Source: Solirubrobacteraceae bacterium
GTDB taxonomy: Bacteria; Actinomycetota; Thermoleophilia; Solirubrobacterales; Solirubrobacteraceae
Reading direction: 5' to 3'
Length of the DNA: 52,466 nucleotides
Assembly: GCA_035997675.1 (NCBI GenBank)
Contig: DASYIJ010000305.1
Location: 1 to 52,466, forward strand
Below, in pieces: positions 8,206 through 14,836 of this stretch (positions are counted from its first letter, which is position 1; each line of letters opens with the position of its first letter). The notes beneath the pieces were generated by a model. It saw nothing but the letters and a program-made list of their open reading frames with translations, made no database searches and was not told where the DNA came from. The translations under genes and the position numbers were made by a program.

Positions 8206-8900
8206 TCGTCTACGGGCGCAATGCCGTGCGTGAGGCGCTGCGCGGCCCGCGCGACGTGGCCCGCGTGTGGGCGACCGCGCGGGCGGCGGACGAACCCTGG
8301 CTGGCCGATGCGGCCCTGCCGGTCTCGGTCGAGGACGCCGAGGCGCTGGTGCGGCGCTGCGGGTCCGAGGAGCATCAGGGGGTGTGCGCCGAGGTCGCGG
8401 CCTACGAGTACGCGGATGCCGACGCGCTCCTGGCCGCCGAGGCGCCCGTGATCGTCGCACTCGACGAGGTGCAGGACCCGCAGAACCTCGGGGCCATCTG
8501 CCGCAGCGCGGAATGCGCGGGCGCCACCGGCGTCGTGGTGCCGCGCCACCGCGCAGCGGACGTGACCCCGGCCGTCTGCAAGGCGTCGGCGGGGGCCGTC
8601 GAGCATCTGCCCGTCGCCCAGGTCCGCAACCTGGCGGACTTCCTGGCGGACGCCAAGCGCGCCGGATGCTGGGTGTACGGCGCCCAGGCCGGTGCCGACA
8701 CCGCCTACGACGAGCCCGACTACTCGGGCGGGGTGGTGTGCGTGCTGGGGGCGGAGGGCCGGGGGCTGCGCCCGCGCGTGGCCGGCGCGTGCGACACGCT
8801 GGTAAGCCTGCCGCTGCGGGGCAGGATCGAGTCGCTCAACGTCGGGGCCACGGCCGCCGTGCTGCTGTACGAGATCTTGCAGCGGCGCGCGGCCGCTTGA
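8202..8900 (+). CDS. rlmB: 23S rRNA (guanosine-2'-O)-methyltransferase, RlmB/TrmH (SpoU) family
   Basis: GTGA overlap with the cysS stop. Has the N-terminal YGRNAVREAL and a SpoU core (DEVQDPQNLGAICRSAE...LGAEGRGL...SLNV). Conserved position after cysS. Confidence 0.9.
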   Translation: MIVYGRNAVREALRGPRDVARVWATARAADEPWLADAALPVSVEDAEALVRRCGSEEHQGVCAEVAAYEYADADALLAAEAPVIVALDEVQDPQNLGAICRSAECAGATGVVVPRHRAADVTPAVCKASAGAVEHLPVAQVRNLADFLADAKRAGCWVYGAQAGADTAYDEPDYSGGVVCVLGAEGRGLRPRVAGACDTLVSLPLRGRIESLNVGATAAVLLYEILQRRAAA

Positions 8901-8939
8901 CAGGAATCCATAACTGTGGGACAGTCGCCGCCAACTGTG
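8897..8939 (+). promoter_or_regulatory. candidate promoter/operator upstream of the sigma-H-type gene
   Basis: A consensus -35-like TTGACA (8897-8902) overlaps the rlmB stop. The palindrome ACTGT-GGG-ACAGT lies at 8913-8925. A direct repeat AACTGTG occurs at 8912-8918 and 8933-8939. I found no convincing -10 element. Confidence 0.3.
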
Positions 8940-9048
8940 AGCCTGGACCTGAGGTTGAGTTATCCGAAGGTTCGGGGAGGTGCGGCGCCGGGGGAGGCGT
9001 GCGCCATGGAGCTTCTCGAGCGTGACCCGCTCGGGGAAGGAGCTGACC

Positions 9049-9696
9049 GTGGCCCGATTCTCACCCCAGTCTCAAGCTCAGGCGAAGCTTGACGACAGCT
9101 ATCTCGTCGCGCTGGCCAAGCAGGGCAGCCCGACCGCCTACGACGGCATCGTCCGTCGCTACTACGGATTCGTCCGCCTGAAGGCCTCGTCGTACTTCAT
9201 GGCCGGCGGCGACCACGACGACCTCGTGCAGGAAGGCCTCGTCGGCCTGTACAAGGCCGTCCGCGACTTCCGGTCCGACCGTGAGTCGAGCTTCCGCAAC
9301 TTCGCGGAGCTGTGCATCCACCGCCAGATCATCACGGCGGTCAAGACGGCGTCCCGCAATAAGCACACGCCGCTGAACCGTTCGGTGTCGTTCTCGACCA
9401 CGCCCGCCGGCGCGGGCGACGGTGAGCCGACGCTCGACGAGATGCTCCCTGGACCGACCGCACACGACCCGGTCAACCAGGTGATCAGCTCGGAGGAGCT
9501 GCAGGCCCTCGTCGCGTGCCTGTCGACGGTGCTGTCGGAGCTGGAGTCGCGCGTGCTGGCGCTCTACCTCGACGGCTACTCCTACGAGGAGGTGGGCGCC
9601 AAGCTCGGCTGCGAGGCCAAGACCGTGGACAACGCGCTCCAGCGGGTCAAGCGCAAGGTCGGCGCACACCTGGAGTCGCGCAACGTCATGCTCTGA
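9049..9696 (+). CDS. Spo0H/SigH-type (Firmicutes-like) RNA polymerase sigma factor
   Basis: GTG 9049 is preceded by GGAAGGAG at 6-nt spacing. The translation tracks B. subtilis SigH blocks: DLVQEGLVGLYKAVRDF, SFRNFAELCIHRQIITAVKTASRNKHTPLN, LSELESRVLALYLDGYSYEEV, TVDNALQRVKRKV. Confidence 0.88.
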   Translation: MARFSPQSQAQAKLDDSYLVALAKQGSPTAYDGIVRRYYGFVRLKASSYFMAGGDHDDLVQEGLVGLYKAVRDFRSDRESSFRNFAELCIHRQIITAVKTASRNKHTPLNRSVSFSTTPAGAGDGEPTLDEMLPGPTAHDPVNQVISSEELQALVACLSTVLSELESRVLALYLDGYSYEEVGAKLGCEAKTVDNALQRVKRKVGAHLESRNVML

Positions 9697-9719
9697 CGCG
9701 TCGTAGGATTGGGGCGACG

Positions 9720-10109
9720 ATGCCGACCTGGGCCATCATCGTGCTCGCCGTCTTCGCCGCGTTCCTGTTGCTCGCGCTCGGCGGGGCACTGGCCGCGTCG
9801 CTGCGCAACCGGCGGCATCAGGAGCGTTTCGATTCCCGCCTCGACCAGGTCGATCGGGCGCTCGCCGACGCGCGCGCCACGGACCGGGGCTGGGAGCGCG
9901 GTGCGCTCGAGGCCGCCGCGCGGCGGGCGTTCGAGGTCGAGCGCCCGGGAGTGGAGATCCACGAGCTGACCCTGGTGCAGGTCGTGGACCGCCCCGGCAC
10001 CGAGGAGGACAAGGCCGTCTTCCGCGTCGTGGCCGCAGATGTGCGCGTGCGACTCACACTGGGCCGCGTCGGGGGGGAGTGGGTCGGCGAGGGGGCCGAC
10101 GCAGGCTGA
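9720..10109 (+). CDS. hypothetical single-pass membrane protein
   Basis: ATG 9720 gives an N-terminal TM segment (WAIIVLAVFAAFLLLALGGALAA) followed by a ~100 aa soluble domain. G/C-rich third codon positions. It lies 23 nt downstream of the sigma gene. Confidence 0.6.
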   Translation: MPTWAIIVLAVFAAFLLLALGGALAASLRNRRHQERFDSRLDQVDRALADARATDRGWERGALEAAARRAFEVERPGVEIHELTLVQVVDRPGTEEDKAVFRVVAADVRVRLTLGRVGGEWVGEGADAG

Positions 10110-10151
10110 ATTCGACGAGGATTGTCCGGGGCCGGCGCGAATCTACCCGGC

Positions 10152-10334
10152 ATGCACGAGATGCTCTACCTGCTCGCCGGGTGGGCGCTCGGCCTCGTGG
10201 TGTGCGTCGTGGCGGCGCGGGCGATCATCCTGCGCTACCGGCTCCCATGGCGGGCGACGCTCATGTACTTCGGGCTCGTGCCCTATCCCGACGAGATCCT
10301 GATCCCGCGGTCTCCGCGCCCGCGGCCCCGTTGA
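10152..10334 (+). CDS. hypothetical small membrane protein (60 aa)
   Basis: ATG 10152 (MHEMLYLLAGWALGLVVCVVAARAII). One TM segment. Strongly G/C-biased third positions. I recognise no homology. Confidence 0.4.
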   Translation: MHEMLYLLAGWALGLVVCVVAARAIILRYRLPWRATLMYFGLVPYPDEILIPRSPRPRPR

Positions 10335-10410
10335 TCACCGCAGGCGCGCACGACGAGGGAACCGCGCCAGCGGTGGCCTCGCCTTCATTTGAATCGCTGC
10401 TTCGCTGCCG

Positions 10411-10938
10411 CTAGCTCGCCGGCGGCTGGGCCGGAGGCGCCGGGGGCGCCGGAGGTGCCGGAGGCGGCGGCGGAGCGGCCTGCGGTTGCGGCACGGCCGT
10501 CCCGGCGCCGACCTGGGCCGCGCCCGGGGCGATGCCCGCCTGCGCCTGGAGGACCTTGTTCAGGTTCGACTGGAACAGGTAGTGCCCGACCGGACCGAGG
10601 AAGATCCACAGGAGGAAGAGCAGGCCCGCCTCCATTCCCTCGATGCCGACCAAACGCTCGGCCTTGTTCAGTCGATCGCACGTCTTGTACTCCGAGACGA
10701 GCGGTGGGATGAACAGGAGAATCCAGCCGAACAGGACCGCCATCAGCGATGTCGCCGGGCTGGTCCCGAGCTCGTCCGTGCCCCGAGCCCGACCCATCTC
10801 GGCCATCTCCTTGTTCACCTTGTAGTACCAGATGAAGAAGTAGACGCCGAGCGTGATGATGGTCAGGCCGACGACGCCCAACGGGTTGCGGATCTTGCCG
10901 ACAGCATTGCTGCCGCTGATCGGGACCGGCTCAGCCAT
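10411..10938 (-). CDS. DUF4234-family membrane protein with Pro-rich C-terminal tail (paralog 2)
   Basis: NPLGVVGLTIITLGVYFFIWYYKVNKEMAEMG is the DUF4234 hallmark. It is collinear with the upstream paralog. Its start codon directly abuts the upstream stop (10938/10939). Confidence 0.8.
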   Translation of the reverse strand: MAEPVPISGSNAVGKIRNPLGVVGLTIITLGVYFFIWYYKVNKEMAEMGRARGTDELGTSPATSLMAVLFGWILLFIPPLVSEYKTCDRLNKAERLVGIEGMEAGLLFLLWIFLGPVGHYLFQSNLNKVLQAQAGIAPGAAQVGAGTAVPQPQAAPPPPPAPPAPPAPPAQPPAS

Positions 10939-11439
10939 CTAGCTGCCCGGGGGCGGCGGCGGGGGAGCGGCCTGCGGCTGCGCCGGCTGTGCCTGCTCGG
11001 CCGGCGGCGGGACCTGAGGCGTGGCGGCGACACCGCCGGCCTGCGCCTCCAGCACCTTGTTCATGGTCGACTGGTACAGGTAGAGCCCGATGGGGCTGAT
11101 GAAGATCCACAGCAGGAAGAGCAGTCCCGGCTCCATGCCCTGCGGCTGTCCCGTGAGGCGCTCGGCCGCGTTCAGGCGCTTGCAGGCGTTGTAGATCGAG
11201 ACGAAGGGCGGGACGATGATGAAGGCGCCGAGCGTGATCGCCAGCACCGAGTTGCCGGGGTTGGTCCCGAGTTCCTCGGTGTTGTTCGCTCGGCCGAGTT
11301 CGGCCAGTTCCTTCTGCGTGTAGTAGTACCAAAAGATCCCGTAGATCCCGAACGTGATCAGCGTGAGGCCGATGACGCCCAGCGGATTCCGGACCTTCCC
11401 GACCGCGTTGGTTCCGCGGATCTGGACTTCCTCTGCCAT
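10939..11439 (-). CDS. DUF4234-family membrane protein with Pro-rich C-terminal tail (paralog 1)
   Basis: NPLGVIGLTLITFGIYGIFWYYYTQKELAELG. Same architecture as 10411-10938. The tail ends in ...QAAPPPPPPGS. Confidence 0.8.
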   Translation of the reverse strand: MAEEVQIRGTNAVGKVRNPLGVIGLTLITFGIYGIFWYYYTQKELAELGRANNTEELGTNPGNSVLAITLGAFIIVPPFVSIYNACKRLNAAERLTGQPQGMEPGLLFLLWIFISPIGLYLYQSTMNKVLEAQAGGVAATPQVPPPAEQAQPAQPQAAPPPPPPGS

Positions 11440-11540
11440 GGGTGAATTTCCCCTTTCCGGGTTCGGCGTACTGGCGAGCCTGCCGCGACCTTAGGCGAAC
11501 TGGGCCTGCGGCGGGGAAAAGATGGCGATCTTGCGGACGG

Positions 11541-13559
11541 CTAGGCGGCGGGCGCGTCGTGCGTCGGCGGGGCGGCCGGCTCGGGCGCGGATGCCGCGGG
11601 CGTCGCCGCGGCCTCGGGCGCCGGTGCAGTCGACTCCGCGGCGCCGTGCGCCTCGCCGCCGGCCGCGCCGTCCGGCTGGGTGGTGGGGGGCGTGGCGGCC
11701 GGAGCCGACGTGTCGGCCGACGGAGCCGCGGCCTGCGGGGCCGTGGCCGCGGTCGCCGTCGAGTCGCCGGAGCTCGCGGCCTGATCCGTCGCGGGGGATT
11801 GCTCGGGCGCCGCCGACTGGTCGGGCGCCGGGGACTGCTCGCTCGACGCGGACGCCGCCGGCGCGACTGTGTCGGTGCCGGTCGGGGGCGCGTCGGCCGT
11901 CGCGGCGGCATCGCCCGAGGCCGCCGGCGTCTCGCTTGCCGGCTGGTCCGTGGTGGCGGACGTGGTGGTGTCCGCCGGGTTCGTCGGCGCCGGGTTGTCG
12001 GCGGCGGTGGGATCGCCGGCCGACTGGTCGGTCGCCTGTGCCCCGGCCACCTGCTGATCGGTCGTTTGCGGCTGATCGGTCGCGTGCGCGCCGGACGGAG
12101 CGGCCGTCTGACCGCCGGGCGCGGTCCCCGCCGCCGGAGCGGTCGTCGTCGACGTCGTCGTCTGCCCCTGAGGGGTCGGTTGCGGCGCCGGCTGCTGACC
12201 CTGCGGCGTCGCCTGCTGGCCGCCCGCGGCGGGCTGCGCGGCCGGCTGCGACTGCGGCGCCGGGCCCTTGGCGATGGTGCTGAAGCCGCCGGCGTTGCTC
12301 GCCTTGGCGGCGCGCGCCGTCTGGGCCTTGGACGTCGTGGGGGTCCTGTACACGGCCACGCGCGTGGCGCTGGTCGCCGTACCGCCGGCGAACTTGGCCT
12401 GGTGCTTGAGATACGGCTGCGGATCGCGGGCCGTGCCGTGGTAGCGGACCTCGAAGTGGACGTGGGGGCCGGTCGCGTCCCCGGTCGTGCCGACGTATCC
12501 GATGACTTGGCCGATCCGCACGTACTGGCCGGCGCCCACCGCAAAGCGCGACATGTGCGCGTAGCACGTGGAGTAGCCGCCGCTGTGCGTGATGCACACC
12601 ATGTTCCCGTAGCCGCCCTCGGACGCCGCGCTGGCGACGGTGCCGCAGGAGGCGGCCCGAATCGCCGTCCCGTAGGGGACGGCCATGTCGAGCCCGGTGT
12701 GCACGTGGTCCCCGCGGTTCTCGCCGAACACGCCCGTGACCGTGTACCCGGTGACCGGCGACTGGATTTCGCCGCTTCCGCAGCTCCCACCGCCGCCCGG
12801 ATTGGGCGCCGGCGCGGGCGTCGAGTCGGTCGGGCTCGAGACGGTCTGGTTCTTCGGTGCCGGCGCCGATCCGCTGGAGCCGTCGCCGCCGCCGGTGGGT
12901 GTGGACGGCTGCGGCGAGGGCGTCGCGTCCCCCTGCACCTGCGGCGTGCCGTTCGCGCCGCCGCCCGAGGACGCCGGGCCGTCGCCGGCCGGCGTCTGCA
13001 TGCCGTCGGTCGTGGCGACCGAGGACGTCCTGACGGTGGCCCCCGACCCGCTGGCGCTCGCCATCACCTGCTGGGCCAGCGGTGAGCTCTCGTCCACCAC
13101 CGACACGCTGGTGCCGAACAGCTGCGACCACGTCGCGGCGTCGACCACGCCCGTCACGGGCAGGCCGTTGCGTGCCTGGAAGGTCCTCAGGGCCGCCTCG
13201 GTCTGGGGGCCGAAGATGCCGTCGTCCGTGATGTTGAGCGCCCGCTGCAGCGCCTCGACGCCGGGGCCGGTGCTGCCCGCACGGAGCACGACCGGCACGT
13301 TCCCGCCCGCCGTCTGGGCCGCGGCCGCGCGGCTTCCCGAGCCGCCGGCCGCCGCGGCCAGCGTCGGGGCTGCCGGGGCCGTCACCATCGCGGCGCTCAC
13401 GACGGCGGAGACGCCCTTCCGACGGGTCCGCTCGCGGCGGCTGATCGCGGCCAGGTCACGCCGGTGGCGCGAGCGGCGCAGCGAGCGCTCCCAGAGCTCG
13501 AGGGAGGCGAGATCGCGACGTGGAGCGTTGTAGAGCATGAGGTCGTCAGGCGTGGGCAC
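11541..13559 (-). CDS. secreted or membrane-anchored peptidoglycan-binding (PG_binding_1) M23 metallopeptidase with a long low-complexity tail
   Basis: GTG 13559 is preceded by GAAGGAGAG. PG-binding repeat: [32 protein letters not shown]23 motifs: [12 protein letters not shown] and GPHVHFEV. The C-terminal ~270 aa are Ala/Pro/Thr/Gln-rich. Confidence 0.88.
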   Translation of the reverse strand: MPTPDDLMLYNAPRRDLASLELWERSLRRSRHRRDLAAISRRERTRRKGVSAVVSAAMVTAPAAPTLAAAAGGSGSRAAAAQTAGGNVPVVLRAGSTGPGVEALQRALNITDDGIFGPQTEAALRTFQARNGLPVTGVVDAATWSQLFGTSVSVVDESSPLAQQVMASASGSGATVRTSSVATTDGMQTPAGDGPASSGGGANGTPQVQGDATPSPQPSTPTGGGDGSSGSAPAPKNQTVSSPTDSTPAPAPNPGGGGSCGSGEIQSPVTGYTVTGVFGENRGDHVHTGLDMAVPYGTAIRAASCGTVASAASEGGYGNMVCITHSGGYSTCYAHMSRFAVGAGQYVRIGQVIGYVGTTGDATGPHVHFEVRYHGTARDPQPYLKHQAKFAGGTATSATRVAVYRTPTTSKAQTARAAKASNAGGFSTIAKGPAPQSQPAAQPAAGGQQATPQGQQPAPQPTPQGQTTTSTTTAPAAGTAPGGQTAAPSGAHATDQPQTTDQQVAGAQATDQSAGDPTAADNPAPTNPADTTTSATTDQPASETPAASGDAAATADAPPTGTDTVAPAASASSEQSPAPDQSAAPEQSPATDQAASSGDSTATAATAPQAAAPSADTSAPAATPPTTQPDGAAGGEAHGAAESTAPAPEAAATPAASAPEPAAPPTHDAPAA

Positions 13560-13579
13560 CGGCTGGCTCTCCTTCTGTT

Positions 13580-13742
13580 CGTGTGCCTACGAGGTGAGCT
13601 GACGGGCTCGCGCTGAACATGCGCTACGCCGCGCGACGGCGGCGATTCGCCCCATGCGGGCCCCGAAAGGTCCGCGGTGGTTCCCCCGCTCCCCGGCCGC
13701 GGACGGCCGGAGACTCGGCTTTGGGCAGCGGGAATTCGTAGC
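13580..13742 (-). ncRNA. cyclic-di-AMP riboswitch (ydaO/yuaA class) in the 5' leader of the M23 peptidase operon
   Basis: The minus-strand RNA reads ...ACGAAUUCCC...GGGGAGCGGGGGAACCAC...GGGGCGAAUC...AGCCCGUCAGCUCACCUCGUAGGC. These match the conserved ydaO blocks (GAGCGGGGGACCCA, GGGGUGAAUC, CCCGUCAGCUAACCUCGUAAGCG). It ends just before the SD. Confidence 0.85.
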
Positions 13743-13778
13743 AGACGCGGACTTATGACGCCGCGGTCGCCGGCGCGC

Positions 13779-14270
13779 TCAGGCGTTCCCGATGAGGAAT
13801 CCGACCGACGTGACCAGCACTCCGCCGCCCGTCACCTGGAGTAGCGAGGAGCGCCAGGACACGGCCATGAACCGCTTGCGCACGTAGGCGATGGCCACGA
13901 GCTCGCAGGCGACGACGCACGACGCCACGACCACAGCGGTGTTGCGGTCGGGGATGAGGAACGGCAGAGCGTGGAAGGTGCCGCCCAGGGTGGTGGCCAT
14001 GCCCGTGATGGCGCCGCGCGCCCGACCCGATCCGCGCCCGGTGAGCGTGCCGTCGTCGGACAGGCCCTCCGAGAGCCCCATGCTGATGCCCGCCCCGATC
14101 GCGGTCGCGAGCCCGACGAGCAGGGCGGCGTGCGAGCCGGCCAGGAAGGCCGTCGCGAAGATCGGGGCGAGCGTCGAGACGGTGCCGTCGATCAGGCCCA
14201 CGAGCGCGGGCTGCACCACCCGCAGCACGAAGGTCTTCTCGTCTTGCCATGCGGCCTGGATAACGTTCAC
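13779..14270 (-). CDS. VIT1/CCC1-family iron/manganese transporter (short form)
   Basis: Translation VQPALVGLIDGTVSTLAPIF...GAGISMGLSEGLSDD...TM-rich C-terminus is typical of the VIT family. GTG start at 14270. Divergent from a Fur-family gene. Confidence 0.82.
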   Translation of the reverse strand: MNVIQAAWQDEKTFVLRVVQPALVGLIDGTVSTLAPIFATAFLAGSHAALLVGLATAIGAGISMGLSEGLSDDGTLTGRGSGRARGAITGMATTLGGTFHALPFLIPDRNTAVVVASCVVACELVAIAYVRKRFMAVSWRSSLLQVTGGGVLVTSVGFLIGNA

Positions 14271-14300
14271 GGGCGGTCATAATACAAACTTCTTGCAATA

Positions 14301-14310
14301 AGGTATACCT
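14301..14310. promoter_or_regulatory. perfect 10-bp palindrome AGGTATACCT in the AT-rich VIT/Fur divergent intergenic region (candidate operator)
   Basis: Read directly: 14271-14334 is unusually AT-rich for this window. AGGTATACCT is self-complementary. TACACT (14322-14327) lies 7 nt before the Fur-family GTG, a possible -10 for a leaderless mRNA. Confidence 0.4.
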
Positions 14311-14334
14311 AAGATTTGGGCTACACTCTCGATC

Positions 14335-14808
14335 GTGCCCACCTCCACGCACCATCGCGATCCGGACGCCGAGCTGACGACCATGCTGCGGGCCCGCGGC
14401 CTGCGCGTGACGTCGCCGCGGCTGGTGATCCACCGTGAGCTCTGCGCCAGCGATCGCCATGTCACGGCGGAGGAGACGCGCGATGCCGTGGCGCCGATAT
14501 TGCCCGGCATCTCCCTGCCCACCGTCTACGCGACGCTCGAGCTCTTCGACGAGCTCGGGATCGTCCGGCGCGTCGACGCCGGTCGCGGTGCCGTTCGCTA
14601 CGACCCGCGCACGGACAAGCACCACCACGCCGTCTGCCGCCGCTGCGGCCGGGTGGAGGACTTCGACGGCCCCCGCGGACTCGAACCGGCGCTCGTCGCC
14701 GCCGAGGCCCGGGCGCGCCGGATGGGCTTCGCAGCCGACACCGCCGCGGTCGTCCTGACCGGGCTGTGCGAGGACTGCCGCGCCGCCGGCCCGGACACCG
14801 TGCGTTAG
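14335..14808 (+). CDS. Fur-family metalloregulator
   Basis: Winged-helix region: RVTSPRLVIHRELC...HVTAEE...LPTVYATLELFDELGIV. Metal sites: HHHAVCRRCGRV and CEDC. Confidence 0.88.
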   Translation: MPTSTHHRDPDAELTTMLRARGLRVTSPRLVIHRELCASDRHVTAEETRDAVAPILPGISLPTVYATLELFDELGIVRRVDAGRGAVRYDPRTDKHHHAVCRRCGRVEDFDGPRGLEPALVAAEARARRMGFAADTAAVVLTGLCEDCRAAGPDTVR

Positions 14809-14836
14809 CCGGGCGGCACGATCCGCTCGGCGAGGT

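Noticed and set aside
10931-13131. Several 500-620-aa ORFs (10931-12790 minus, 11442-13085 plus, 11491-13131 minus) overlapping the M23 peptidase gene
   Set aside because: Only the 11541-13559 minus-strand frame yields the PG_binding_1 and M23 motifs (HTGLD, HVHFE). The others are Arg/Pro-rich alternative-frame artefacts of the low-complexity GC-rich tail.
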